DNA of 64,000 bases from a virus, in IMG/VR virus record IMGVR_UViG_3300036832_000855, positions 32,001 through 96,000 of that record, one strand, 5' to 3'. Every line of letters starts with the position of its first letter. The first letter of the stretch is position 1. Under the pieces are notes generated by a model. It did not search any database. It saw nothing but the letters and a program-made list of their open reading frames with translations, and was not told the DNA's origin. The translations under genes and the position numbers were made by a program. Positions 46,440 to 56,005 of this stretch are shown piece by piece.

Positions 46440-47279
46440 CTACGCGCCCCAGACGGTCGGGTCGAGCACCGGCCCTTGGAACGCACCGACGCCGTGGGAG
46501 TACGGGTACAGCCCGTCATAGTTGCCCCAATCGGCCTCGGTGACCTCGAAGGTAGGGATGCTCGCGTTCTGCAGGACGAACCGCCAGTACTGCTGCATCT
46601 CGGGCGTGCAGAGCAGCCAGATGTCGGTGTTGAGCCGCGGGTCCGGGTTGATGTCTGGCAGGCCGATCGGCATGACGTTGCGCCGCGTCGCGCGTCCCGG
46701 CTCCTTCCGGGTCTCGGAGTAGTTGCCCGCCGTGAACGACTGGATCAGGTCGTCGGCCGACGTCTCGACGTAGTCAGGCTGGCTCTTGAACACCTCCTGC
46801 TCGACCTCAAGCTGGTAGGCGTCCTGCGCAATCGGCACGAGCGGCGGCGGCATCGTCGCGTCCATGGCCCGGCCGGTGACCGCGGTCAGGTACGCCGTCG
46901 CCCGGACGATCTGGATCTGTAGCTCGGCGTCGGTGTACGGCGCGTCGAGCGACGAGAAGTCGATCCGGCTCCAGCTCTGGAGGTCAGCGACGCTCGGCGG
47001 CAACGCAGTCGGTGGGGGCGCTGCCAGGATCGGCCCCCACCCGGTGGTCATCGCCGAAGCCGACGAACTGTCCACGCTACTGGAGACCGTCACCGTGCAT
47101 GTGATCGTCGTCCCAAGGTCCGACGCGACCAGCGTGAGGATGCCGCTGCTTCCGGTGTCGGTCCCGTTGCTCCACACGTAGTGGAACGTGTCGCCACCGC
47201 CCTGCGACACCAGGCACTGCACCGACCCGCCGACGAACATATCGCCGTCGAGGACCGCAGAGGTGATCGTTACGGGCAC
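46440..47279 (-). CDS. Head-tail adaptor with N-terminal Ig-like domain
   Basis: YVWS...DLGTTITCTVTV then PSVADLQ...ATAYL...IQSFTAGNYSE. Confidence 0.65.
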   Translation of the reverse strand: MPVTITSAVLDGDMFVGGSVQCLVSQGGGDTFHYVWSNGTDTGSSGILTLVASDLGTTITCTVTVSSSVDSSSASAMTTGWGPILAAPPPTALPPSVADLQSWSRIDFSSLDAPYTDAELQIQIVRATAYLTAVTGRAMDATMPPPLVPIAQDAYQLEVEQEVFKSQPDYVETSADDLIQSFTAGNYSETRKEPGRATRRNVMPIGLPDINPDPRLNTDIWLLCTPEMQQYWRFVLQNASIPTFEVTEADWGNYDGLYPYSHGVGAFQGPVLDPTVWGA

Positions 47280-47300
47280 GGCCCAGGCCGCCCCTCTTGT

Positions 47301-47741
47301 CTACCGGGCCGCTGCTGTGCGGCGACCGCTCGCGGACTCGGCCTTCTCGGCGTCCTTCTCCTCGGCCTTGGCAGCCTTCTCCTCGGCCTTCTCCTCCTGC
47401 TTGGGCGCGAGCCGCTCGGCCTGCTTCTCGTGGCCCTTGCGCTGCACCGCCTCCTTGACGACGTTGCCGTCCTCGTCCTCGTAGACGACCACCACGAACG
47501 GGCCGCGCACCGCAAAGCCGAGCACCACGATCTCGCCCTCAGCCTCGACCAGCCCCGCGGCCTCGTCCTCGTCCATCTCGTCGGTCGCCGCCTGGTCGAC
47601 CGGGCGGTTGTTCGCTGCGCGCAGCTCGGCGGACCAGCGCGCCGCGTTGTCCGCGATCATCTCCTCGGCGTTGGGTGCTTCGCCGGTCCGAGCTGCCAGC
47701 TCGGTGCCCGCCGCTTCGGCATCGTTACCTCTCGGGCTCAT
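47301..47741 (-). CDS. Hypothetical head-region protein
   Basis: SD AAGGAG; follows capsid gene. Confidence 0.6.
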   Translation of the reverse strand: MSPRGNDAEAAGTELAARTGEAPNAEEMIADNAARWSAELRAANNRPVDQAATDEMDEDEAAGLVEAEGEIVVLGFAVRGPFVVVVYEDEDGNVVKEAVQRKGHEKQAERLAPKQEEKAEEKAAKAEEKDAEKAESASGRRTAAAR

Positions 47742-47780
47742 GCTGTCTCCTTCGTTCGATGTGACCTGAGGCTACCCGCG

Positions 47781-48845
47781 TTACGGCACGATGGCGCGGT
47801 ACGCCCCGCGCGGGTCGACCGGGGCCACGCCGAAGTCCGAGCGGACCTTGAAGTCCACCGAGTCCAGCTCGAACTGGTACGGATCGGTTCCGGCGCCGAG
47901 CGCCATGCGAACCATCGGGTCCTTCAGCATCACCTGCGGCTCGCTCTGCCCGTTGAGGAAACCCACAGCGAACGCTGGGACGTCACCCGGGTCCGCGAAC
48001 AGGTACCAGTCGTTGGCGTCCGAGAACCACGGGTCGCGGATGATGCCGTCGGCGGGAAGGATCCCGGCCAGCGGGTTGATCGTGCCCTTGTCGAACACGT
48101 TCGACCCGACACCGGCCGCGCCCGTGTACTGGATGTTCACGCCAGTCTGGGCGGAGTTGAGGATCCGCTGCGCGATGAGCTGCATCCGTGCGTTCTTGAC
48201 CACCATGATCTGCGGCGTAACGACGATCTGCCGCCCGTCGTCGTCGAGCTGTCCTTCCATGTACGCGATGGCGTCCGCGAGCGCGTCCTCCGCCAGCGGC
48301 GTGACCACCTGGTTGGTGCGGCCGCCCGCGCCGGTGCTGTAGAACGGGTTGCCGTCCACCCAGTTGCCGGGGTTCTGGATCATGGCGATCACGGCCTGGA
48401 GGATGAACACCCCCGCCGCGTAGCCCATGTCGGCCGGGTTGCGGTTCAGCAGCTCGTTGGAGTCGTCGTTGATGATCGCCTGCCGGGTGATCGAGTACAC
48501 GCCGCCGTACGTGTCGACCGCCAACCGGACTGCCGGGCGCTCCGACCGGGTCAGGGCCGTGTAGTTGCCGTGGTCGCCCACGTACCCGATCCCGAGCAGG
48601 CCGTTCAGGCCGCGCAGGCGTCGGTCGCGGAAGTCCGGTGCGGACTCCTGGCGGGTATAGCGCTGATACTGCGCCTGAGCGCGGCTGTAGCCGGTCCACA
48701 TCGACTGGCGGACTGGGCCGTACAGGAAGGACGGGAAGTCGGCCTTAGAGTCGGCCTCCTCCAGGACACGCTCGTCCCGCCATTCGCGATACGCCTCAAG
48801 CAGCCGGATCGGCCGCCCGAACACGCCGTATGGATTGCCGTTCAT
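47781..48845 (-). CDS. Major capsid protein (Mu gpT-like HK97 fold)
   Basis: TYGGVYSITRQAIINDD; WYLFADP; VGFLNGQSEP; KVRSDFGV..VDPRG. Confidence 0.88.
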   Translation of the reverse strand: MNGNPYGVFGRPIRLLEAYREWRDERVLEEADSKADFPSFLYGPVRQSMWTGYSRAQAQYQRYTRQESAPDFRDRRLRGLNGLLGIGYVGDHGNYTALTRSERPAVRLAVDTYGGVYSITRQAIINDDSNELLNRNPADMGYAAGVFILQAVIAMIQNPGNWVDGNPFYSTGAGGRTNQVVTPLAEDALADAIAYMEGQLDDDGRQIVVTPQIMVVKNARMQLIAQRILNSAQTGVNIQYTGAAGVGSNVFDKGTINPLAGILPADGIIRDPWFSDANDWYLFADPGDVPAFAVGFLNGQSEPQVMLKDPMVRMALGAGTDPYQFELDSVDFKVRSDFGVAPVDPRGAYRAIVP

Positions 48846-48947
48846 CGTTGCTCCTTGGGTATGTGACTGTGATCCCCGCCAAGGCGCAACGCGCCCATGA
48901 TGATGCCCGAGGGCCGACTCAGCCGGGTGGGGGAACCGGGCTGAGAA

Positions 48948-49361
48948 CTAGACGAAGCTGTCCTTCGTATCCAGGTCGATACGGACCTTTCCCGGCGGCG
49001 TACCGCGCGGCCCGCCCGCCCCGCCTGCGGGACCACCGTTCTCGACGATCCGGCCGAACTTCGGGCTGCCGGTGGCCGTCACAAGGTTGTTGGTCGCGTT
49101 GATGTAGATCGGCGTGCCCATCGCAGCGGCAGCGATACCGGCGTCGGCGTTGGACACCTGGACCACGCCCTTCGTGATGATGAAGTACGGCTCGCCTGCG
49201 TCGATGACCGCCTGATTGGCGAGTCCCTGATCCCACGCCCGCTGCTTCTGCTTGACCGCGACGCCGACGAAGCCGGACGCGACGTGGTTGACCGCCTGTC
49301 CGTGATTGAGGGTGGCCGCGGCGGTGACGTAGACACCGGAGCCTGGGCGGTTATACGGCAT
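48948..49361 (-). CDS. Capsid decoration/cement protein (DUF2190-like)
   Basis: GFVGVA...KGVV...GTPIY...FG; between protease and capsid. Confidence 0.7.
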   Translation of the reverse strand: MPYNRPGSGVYVTAAATLNHGQAVNHVASGFVGVAVKQKQRAWDQGLANQAVIDAGEPYFIITKGVVQVSNADAGIAAAAMGTPIYINATNNLVTATGSPKFGRIVENGGPAGGAGGPRGTPPGKVRIDLDTKDSFV

Positions 49362-49389
49362 GACTCACTCCTTTCTGGCCCCGATGGCC

Positions 49390-50883
49390 TCAGTCGTCCC
49401 ACGCTGTCGAGGGATCGACACCCGATTCCTGAAGGAGAGCGCCGTAGAGCGTTCCCTCGCCCTTCTTCGGCTCCTCGCCGTCCTCACCGCGCTTGCCGGG
49501 AGCACCCGGCCCCTGGCCGCGAACGGTCGCCGGGTTCGCCGCCGCGAGCAGCTCGCGCTGATCCTGGACGGTGGTGTCCACCGCCTCCTGGAGCTTGGCG
49601 GCTGCCTTCTTGGTGACGTTGCCGTCGTCGTCGACATCGTCGACCACGTCCAGCTTCGGCGTCGGACCGTCATCGCCGATCTCGAACTGCGCCTTGGCGC
49701 GATCCGAGAACGCTCCCGGAAGCTTGGCCTCGCTGATTCGCCGGTGAGCCGCGTCGCGCATGTCCCGCAGCTCAAGCTGTCGATCAGCGTCAGCGCGCGC
49801 CTCCGCGCGGATCAGCTCCCGCTCGCCCGCTACCGCCGACTCGACCAGCGTCTTGACGCGCTGCTCGACCATCGGCTCGACGATTTCATCGAGTGCACTC
49901 CGGAAGTCCTCACTTTGGAGAGCCTCCTGGAGCGCCTCTGGGGTGATGCCCATGTCTGTCTCCTCTGTGTTGGCTTCCTGCGTCTGCTTGGCGAGCGCCT
50001 GCTTCGCCATCGCCTCGGCCTGGCCCCGGCTGAGCTTCGGGTTGCGCTTCAGCAGCCGCGCGACCATCTCCTCCAGCTCGTCGTCGCCCTGGTCCGACGC
50101 GTCCTCCGCGTCGCCGTCGCCCTGCTCGGTGAGTAGGTGCGGGCGGACCTCTTCGACGTAGGCGATGAACTCCTCGTCGGTCATCGACTCCAGCAATCCC
50201 ATCCCGTCCTCCTCGTAGGCAGCCTCCATCAACGCGACGACGCGGCCGCCAGCGCCCGCCTCAGTCACCCAGTCAACGCTTCCGCGATCTTCGATGCCCT
50301 CGACCAGCCACGCCCGGCGGCCGTCACGCATGATCGGCTGCACGCCGGTGGCGTTCGCGGAGATCGAAGCCTCGACCAGCTCCGGGTCGTTCTCAGCCAG
50401 CTCGCGGATGAACGGTGTCGGCAGCGACCACCCGACCACGGCCCCCTGGCCGAATCCCTTTCCCGCATCGGGTGGCACGCTGCCGTCCCAGTAACTCTCG
50501 ACGATCCGCCCGCCCAGGTCACGGATCGAGCGCGGCAGGCCTTTGGCTGCGCGCCGCGCCTCTGGAGAGAGGTGGTCGATGTACTGCCGCCAGCCCGCGA
50601 ACTTGTGGGCGTTCTCCTCCAGCATCTTGGCCTCGTAGAGGTGACGGCCCTTGCCCTTGCCGAGGCATGGCCGCAGGATGTGGAGCGGCAGCAGCTTGGA
50701 GCGTTCCTGCTCCTCGCGCGCGGTGGCCTCTTCGAGACCCACGCCGCGGTCGACGAGCCGCTGGACACGCTCTTCCTGCAGCTCGACGGGGAACGGAACG
50801 GCCGTGCGCGGGAGCGCGTACATCGCCTCCCGCAGCTCAAGTGTTTCTGTTGGGGGGGCTGTGGTGACCGCGGTGGCACTCAT
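49390..50883 (-). CDS. Prohead protease-scaffold fusion
   Basis: YIDH...RSIRDLGG...SISA...SVDWVTEAGAGG; acidic coiled-coil C-terminus; leaderless TAGTAT-N8-ATG. Confidence 0.8.
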   Translation of the reverse strand: MSATAVTTAPPTETLELREAMYALPRTAVPFPVELQEERVQRLVDRGVGLEEATAREEQERSKLLPLHILRPCLGKGKGRHLYEAKMLEENAHKFAGWRQYIDHLSPEARRAAKGLPRSIRDLGGRIVESYWDGSVPPDAGKGFGQGAVVGWSLPTPFIRELAENDPELVEASISANATGVQPIMRDGRRAWLVEGIEDRGSVDWVTEAGAGGRVVALMEAAYEEDGMGLLESMTDEEFIAYVEEVRPHLLTEQGDGDAEDASDQGDDELEEMVARLLKRNPKLSRGQAEAMAKQALAKQTQEANTEETDMGITPEALQEALQSEDFRSALDEIVEPMVEQRVKTLVESAVAGERELIRAEARADADRQLELRDMRDAAHRRISEAKLPGAFSDRAKAQFEIGDDGPTPKLDVVDDVDDDGNVTKKAAAKLQEAVDTTVQDQRELLAAANPATVRGQGPGAPGKRGEDGEEPKKGEGTLYGALLQESGVDPSTAWDD

Positions 50884-50913
50884 GCAGCCCGATACTACGG
50901 CGGGCTGCGCGCC

Positions 50914-51168
50914 CTACCCCAGATGGATTCTGCGGACCTCGCGCCAGTCAATGCGGCGCCAATGCACCACCTGGTCGACGTCGTCGTAGTCGGCCTCGAT
51001 GACGCTCAGGCCCCAGGGCGCATACGGCTCCGGGCTGTTGGCCGGATCGAACTCACGCGCGCGCCGCTCGATCACGCCCTGCGCCTCGGCGAGAGTCAGC
51101 GTGGGCTCGCCGTTGACGGGCACCGGTTCGCCGCTGTCGTTGTGGATGACCTGGAAGTAGCGGGTCAT
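50914..51168 (-). CDS. Hypothetical protein
   Basis: Last gene of a coupled 4-gene island. Confidence 0.6.
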   Translation of the reverse strand: MTRYFQVIHNDSGEPVPVNGEPTLTLAEAQGVIERRAREFDPANSPEPYAPWGLSVIEADYDDVDQVVHWRRIDWREVRRIHLG

Positions 51169-51422
51169 CTCTCTGCTCGCAGCGCTCGGACCAGCTCCCG
51201 CGTGGGCACATCGAGCGGGTCCATGCGGTCGTAGCCCGCGGTCGGGTGGCGCCGGTGCAGGAGCGCGAGCATGTCCCGGCGGCGCGTCAGCAGGGCGGCG
51301 CGCGCGCCGTGCGGCTTCTTGATCGTGATGTAGCGGCCCTGCCTGCGCGCTCGGATGTCAACGCAGCGCTCGCCAATGTCGGCGTCACAGGCTGGGCAGC
51401 GGTGTGTCTCGGCTAGCTGCAT
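51165..51422 (-). CDS. Small zinc-finger protein (CPAC.A..G..C...H)
   Basis: Motif; coupling. Confidence 0.6.
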   Translation of the reverse strand: MQLAETHRCPACDADIGERCVDIRARRQGRYITIKKPHGARAALLTRRRDMLALLHRRHPTAGYDRMDPLDVPTRELVRALRAER

Positions 51423-51658
51423 CAGTAGCCCTCCTCGTGTCGCTCGATCCAGGCCATCTCGGCGTCGTAGGCGCCGCGGGCCGGGTCGTCGTAGGTCACG
51501 TACTCGTGCCCGGCGGCGCACCGCCAGGACCCGTGCTCGTTGACGGTCAGCTCAGCGCCGCACTCGACCTCCTTCCAGAGGTCTTCGGGGAAGTCCGGCT
51601 CGGGGTTGCCGCTGGCGACTCGGATCAGCCAGTGGCAGCGGTCGGGTTCGGCGCTCAT
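51422..51658 (-). CDS. Small Cys/His protein
   Basis: ATGA coupling. Confidence 0.55.
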   Translation of the reverse strand: MSAEPDRCHWLIRVASGNPEPDFPEDLWKEVECGAELTVNEHGSWRCAAGHEYVTYDDPARGAYDAEMAWIERHEEGY

Positions 51659-51798
51659 GCGGCCGCTCCTTTCACGGCCACGTCGATAATGGCCGCGCCG
51701 TCCGCGTACTTCTTCAGCTTCGCGACAGCGGCCTCGACGGTCTTGCCCTTGCCGGACCGGATCGCTCCGGTGGCGAAGGTCACCTTCACCTTGATCAT
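51655..51798 (-). CDS. 47-aa protein MIKVKVTFATG... (not in ORF track)
   Basis: ATG after CCCGACCGAGGAGG; first gene of cassette. Confidence 0.65.
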   Translation of the reverse strand: MIKVKVTFATGAIRSGKGKTVEAAVAKLKKYADGAAIIDVAVKGAAA

Positions 51799-51803
51799 CT
51801 GGC

Positions 51804-51872
51804 CTCCTCGGTCGGGGGAGCGGGCTCACCGGCCCGCACCTACATCGTAGCACACGACGTGCGCTACGGCAA
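51804..51872 (-). promoter_or_regulatory. Full cassette: TTGCCG-N17-TACGAT with palindrome in the spacer, hairpin, CCGACCGAGGAG
   Basis: Read directly from sequence. Confidence 0.8.
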
Positions 51873-51877
51873 GTGCC

Positions 51878-53329
51878 CTACGACCACTTCGTCCGCAGGT
51901 AGCTTTCGAGCTTCTGGCGCTCGACGTCGGTCAGGACGTGGTCGTAGAGTGCGAACTCCGCGACCTGCCCGTTCCAGCAGTAGTTGCCGTCGAAGTACGT
52001 GCCGAGGAGAGCGTCGGTGCCGAGCGAGGGGATTGGCCAGTGGTTGTCGCCGTTCGGCCCGAGGTTGTAGGACGTGATCTCGCTGCCGTTCATCCACAGG
52101 CGGGTGTTGCTGGGATCGGCGGTGACGGACACGAGATTCCACGCGCCGGTCAGCGGTCCGACCGGCATCGTCATCATCCGGTAGTGCCCGCCGGTGACGC
52201 CGACATAGATGCCCGTCGAGTCGTCTTCGAGGATCCAGTTCCACGCGGCGTTGGTCGGCGCGCACATCAGGATGGGGTAGCCCGAGAACGCCAGCGGATA
52301 AACCATGTAGACGGCGCTGAACGCACTGCGTCCGCTCAGCTCGGCCCCTAGACCGGCGATGGTCATGCCCGAGCCATTGGACCCGGAGAACGCCGCCCAA
52401 GAAAGCCCGTTCGGCGAGAGTCGCCTTGCGGGCTGGTCGGTAGGCGAGATCGCTATGCAGTCGTGACCCTTACCACTCAGGTCGGGCCACGTGCTGATCA
52501 GACTGTCGACGGCTCCGGGTAGCTGCGACGCGTCGAGCCAGAACAGCAGGCCGGGCACCGTCTTCGGCGCTGGCGGGAGCCACTTGTTCGTCAGGTAGCC
52601 CTCGATCTGCTGGCGCTCAGGATCGGTGAGCACGCGGTTGTAGACGACGATCTCGCAGAACTCGCAGTCACACGTCTCCTGCCCGGCGGTTGGGTTGTAG
52701 CCCGAGATCGTGAGCGCGTCCGCCGGACCAGTGCCGAAACCGAATGCGCCGAGCGGGTTGCCGTGCTCCCAAAGGTGGTCGCCGGTCGTTGCGTCCCAGT
52801 CGCCCGTGTACTGCTTCCAGAGATAGCCGTTCGCGTCCCAGCTCTTGCCAGTGTTGCCGGGGCCGTTGTCGTAGAACCAGTCGTAATAGTTGGTGTGGTA
52901 GCCGAGGACCCAGTTCGAGTCGCCGGGATAGATGCTGCCGACGACGCGGCCGGGTGAGTTGCTCGTCTGGAGCATTCGGGCGACGTAGCTGAGGGTGCCG
53001 CTCGTCGTGACCCCCGTCCCGGTCATGCGGAATCCGGCCTCGCTGGTCGAGAACCGAACGCACGGCAGCCCGCCTGGCGTGTCCGCCGCCTTCATCTTCG
53101 GCATCGGCACGCCGGTCTGCATGCTGCCCTGCGCACCTCCCGGCGCGAGGTTCGGCAGCGTGCTCACGTTCGCGCCGTCCGCCAGGCCGAGCTGGGAGGC
53201 GTCCAGCCAGACCGCCAGGCCCGGCAACCGCCTCGGCACCGGCGGCCACACCTGCGTGGCGCCAACGTACGCGGCAGACGCCTGCGCTGAGCCGAGACGA
53301 ACCGCGCTCGCGGTGTTCAGCAGCGTCAT
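51878..53329 (-). CDS. Tandem LamG/concanavalin-A-like domain protein
   Basis: Two GL..WLDAS...E(I/F)..Y..VLTD.ERQ..E.YL..KW repeats. Confidence 0.8.
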   Translation of the reverse strand: MTLLNTASAVRLGSAQASAAYVGATQVWPPVPRRLPGLAVWLDASQLGLADGANVSTLPNLAPGGAQGSMQTGVPMPKMKAADTPGGLPCVRFSTSEAGFRMTGTGVTTSGTLSYVARMLQTSNSPGRVVGSIYPGDSNWVLGYHTNYYDWFYDNGPGNTGKSWDANGYLWKQYTGDWDATTGDHLWEHGNPLGAFGFGTGPADALTISGYNPTAGQETCDCEFCEIVVYNRVLTDPERQQIEGYLTNKWLPPAPKTVPGLLFWLDASQLPGAVDSLISTWPDLSGKGHDCIAISPTDQPARRLSPNGLSWAAFSGSNGSGMTIAGLGAELSGRSAFSAVYMVYPLAFSGYPILMCAPTNAAWNWILEDDSTGIYVGVTGGHYRMMTMPVGPLTGAWNLVSVTADPSNTRLWMNGSEITSYNLGPNGDNHWPIPSLGTDALLGTYFDGNYCWNGQVAEFALYDHVLTDVERQKLESYLRTKWS

Positions 53330-53832
53330 CCGACGATCACGTACAGCGTGCTCGGATTAGGCGGCGATAGCGCGTTGTACGCGGCCTGCGTGATCTGCGT
53401 CCACGGACCGGGTGGTCCCTGCACGCCCTGGGCGCCCTGCGGCCCCTGCACGCCCTGCATGCCGTGAATCGCCATCACCGACCAGTAGGTCTCGGTCGTG
53501 TCGGTCGTCGGGTCGACGCCGGTGCTGGGCTGCAAGGCGATGTACGAGGTCCCATCGGAGCCGGTCGTCACGTCGTCGAGCACGTAGCTGGTGCCAGCGT
53601 GCCACGAGCCGCGGTAGATGAACGACTGACCTGCCGACCCCATCGGTCCCTGCACGCCCTGCGGCCCTTGCGGACCCTGCGCGCCGGTTGCGCCCTGCGC
53701 GCCGGTCTGCCCTATCGGCCCGGTCGGACCAGCGGGACCGGCGGACGTGACGACCTCGACAGACGCACCCGCGGGCGGGGTGACCTCGACGGCCGCTGCC
53801 GACCCGATGACCTGGACGCTGCCGGTGCTCAC
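53326..53832 (-). CDS. Collagen-like fibre with small carbohydrate-binding-like module
   Basis: Gly-X-Y runs; YRGSWHAGTSYVLDDVT...SYIA; TQAAYNALSPPNPSTLYVI end. Confidence 0.8.
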   Translation of the reverse strand: MSTGSVQVIGSAAAVEVTPPAGASVEVVTSAGPAGPTGPIGQTGAQGATGAQGPQGPQGVQGPMGSAGQSFIYRGSWHAGTSYVLDDVTTGSDGTSYIALQPSTGVDPTTDTTETYWSVMAIHGMQGVQGPQGAQGVQGPPGPWTQITQAAYNALSPPNPSTLYVIVG

Positions 53833-54539
53833 GGGGTCACGTCCGGATCGACCAGGAGCTGGCCCTTGATCCAGGTCGTGACCGCGCTGGTGGTGTCGGT
53901 CACCTGCACGTCGTAGTCGTAGGCGCCGACCGCGAGCGCGCCCGTCGGCGCGGAGATCTGCAGCCGCCCGTCCACGGCGTTGAGGATCGTGACCGTCAGC
54001 GCCGTCGTGACGTCCTGTGCGTCGACGACGGACGAGGCAACCGTCGCGCCGGTCAGGTCAACCGGCGCGCCCGCCTGGAGTAGCCGGAACGCCTGAGCCC
54101 ACGTGTCGCCGTGGTAGATCCGGAAGTCGAACTCGACCGGTAGTCCGATCCCCTCGATCGCGCCCGGCGCGCCCGCCGAGAGGTTCCCGAGGATCTGCAG
54201 CTCCAGGTAGCTGTCGTTCGGGATTCGCGCGTACACGTTCCCGGTGGCGTCGTAGAGCGCGAACTCGACGTTGTAGATCCCGGTCGAGTCGGTGTCACCC
54301 GACGCCCAGTCGTACTCGCACACGCCGACGTCGGTGCCGGTGTCCGCGTCGCCCACCTGGATCGTGGCCGCCAGCTTGTCGACGGTCGGCTGGTCCTGTC
54401 CGCGCAGGCACATGACGAAGTTCACGTGGTCGGCCAGGCTCAGGTCGACCGGGCTCTTGTCGGCGTTGCGCAGCGTCGCGCGGTAAGGCGGTGAGGTGGC
54501 GCCGCGCTTGATCTTCCACGGGCCGGTGAGAAGCGCCAT
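53829..54539 (-). CDS. Protein with two BppU-N-like adaptor domains
   Basis: IKRGAT...PVDLS...YDW..GDT; IYHGDT...PVDLTGA...YDVQ; leaderless TACGAT-N7-ATG. Confidence 0.65.
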   Translation of the reverse strand: MALLTGPWKIKRGATSPPYRATLRNADKSPVDLSLADHVNFVMCLRGQDQPTVDKLAATIQVGDADTGTDVGVCEYDWASGDTDSTGIYNVEFALYDATGNVYARIPNDSYLELQILGNLSAGAPGAIEGIGLPVEFDFRIYHGDTWAQAFRLLQAGAPVDLTGATVASSVVDAQDVTTALTVTILNAVDGRLQISAPTGALAVGAYDYDVQVTDTTSAVTTWIKGQLLVDPDVTP

Positions 54540-54577
54540 GACCGGGATCGTAAGAGCCGCGGCGGCCCTCGCCCCAG

Positions 54578-54754
54578 TTAGCTTTCGGCCAGCGCCTCGG
54601 GGCTGGTCACATCGACCAGGGTGGCCGGGTCGACGATGTCGGCATACGCACGCGGGTTGGCCACGTCCGCGTAGGCGGACGGATCCTCGACGTCGGCGTA
54701 CGCGCGGGGCGCCTCGACGTCGGCGTAGACCGGCGGCTCCAGCGGGTCGGACAC
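54578..54754 (-). CDS. 58-aa peptide built from five 9-aa repeats (YADVxxPxA)
   Basis: 27-bp tandem repeats; leaderless TAGCCT-N7-GTG. Confidence 0.6.
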   Translation of the reverse strand: MSDPLEPPVYADVEAPRAYADVEDPSAYADVANPRAYADIVDPATLVDVTSPEALAES

Positions 54755-54869
54755 TTCGGTGAGGCTACCCCTCAAGCTGGCGGGACGATGTGGGATCGGA
54801 TTCCTGCTCGCCGGGCGACGGGGCGTACCCTGCGGTGAGATGGCACGCCGTCTGGCAAGGGCGACATGA

Positions 54870-55085
54870 GTGTGGGTACTGGGTGCTGTGGATTCGCCGA
54901 CGCTGCTCGGAATCGCCGCGGTGGTCACCGCGTTGGGTGGCCTTGCGTCGACGGTTCTTGCGCTGCGCAGGAACCGCACCGAGGAGCACGAACATGCGCT
55001 CAAGGAACTCGCGGCATGCCGGGCCGAGTCGGAGCGACTCGCCAAGGAGCTGCACGAGCTGAAGATGCGTCATGGTGAGACGTAG
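54870..55085 (+). CDS. Small membrane protein with coiled coil (holin-like)
   Basis: One TM segment then RRNR and coiled coil. Confidence 0.55.
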   Translation: MWVLGAVDSPTLLGIAAVVTALGGLASTVLALRRNRTEEHEHALKELAACRAESERLAKELHELKMRHGET

Positions 55086-55467
55086 CACGATCCTCGCCGG
55101 GGTCGGCGCTGTCGCGTTCGGCGCGTCGGGTGCGCTCACCGCGATCGCCATCGGGCAGGGGTCCGCACCGCCGCCGACCAAGACGGTGACGGTCAATGTG
55201 GGGACCGGCGAGACGGGGCCGACGGGGCCGACGGGGCCCATTGGGCCGCCGGGGCCAGCCGGTGCGAAGGGCGACACGGGAGCCACCGGGCCGACCGGCA
55301 CGACGGGACCGGCAGGACCAGCGGGCCCGAAGGGCGACACGGGACCGGCAGGACCGCCGGGACCAGCGGGCGGGTTCGAGTGCTTGACGGGCTACAACCC
55401 GGGCATCTTGGTCATCAATTCGCCTGGGGGTCAGACGAAGATCTACACGTGTATTGAGGGGCCGTGA
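55072..55467 (+). CDS. Membrane-anchored collagen-like protein with terminal Cys pair
   Basis: Signal/TM, Gly-X-Y run, C...C. Confidence 0.75.
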   Translation: MVRRSTILAGVGAVAFGASGALTAIAIGQGSAPPPTKTVTVNVGTGETGPTGPTGPIGPPGPAGAKGDTGATGPTGTTGPAGPAGPKGDTGPAGPPGPAGGFECLTGYNPGILVINSPGGQTKIYTCIEGP

Positions 55468-55487
55468 TCGAAGCGGCTGTGAGCGGG

Positions 55488-55781
55488 CTAGGGCTGCGGG
55501 ACGTTCCCGTGGCGGGGCCACTCGGGGCTTGCGGCGTGCGGGTCGCGCTCGTAGCCGTGGGCCTCGTAGTCGCAGATCTGGCACACCTCGTAGACGAAGA
55601 ACTCGCCATCCTCGATGCCGACGGTCTGGCGGATGCGCCAGCCCTTCTTGGCGTCGCCGCCACATGAGAGCCGCCGCGGCTTGCGGACAGTGACCGGGTC
55701 GCCGTCGCGGAAGATGGTCACGTCGGGAGCAGCCTCGCGCTGCTCCTGCCAGTAGTCCCACTGCCATGCTGAGATCGTCAT
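55488..55781 (-). CDS. Small Cys-containing protein
   Basis: Coupled early-type operon. Confidence 0.55.
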   Translation of the reverse strand: MTISAWQWDYWQEQREAAPDVTIFRDGDPVTVRKPRRLSCGGDAKKGWRIRQTVGIEDGEFFVYEVCQICDYEAHGYERDPHAASPEWPRHGNVPQP

Positions 55782-56005
55782 AGCTCGCGCATCCATTCCG
55801 GCAGGTTGCTCGTGGCCCGCGCCGTGACCAGCTTGGCGTACAGCCGAGCAATACCGCTGACCAGCACGTTGATCGCCTCGCTCGACGACATCTCCGTGTC
55901 GAGCTTGAGCTGGCCGCGCCGGTTCTTCGTCATCGTGATGCCCTCGACCTCGGCCTCTTTCAGGGCGTCGTTGAGGTAGTCGGGTCCGATCCTGAACTCG
56001 CTCAT
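55778..56005 (-). CDS. Hypothetical protein
   Basis: ATGA coupling. Confidence 0.55.
   Translation of the reverse strand: MSEFRIGPDYLNDALKEAEVEGITMTKNRRGQLKLDTEMSSSEAINVLVSGIARLYAKLVTARATSNLPEWMREL

Noticed and set aside
54590-54735. 27-bp tandem repeats as a CRISPR array
   Set aside because: No unique spacers; the repeats are degenerate and in frame, so they are coding
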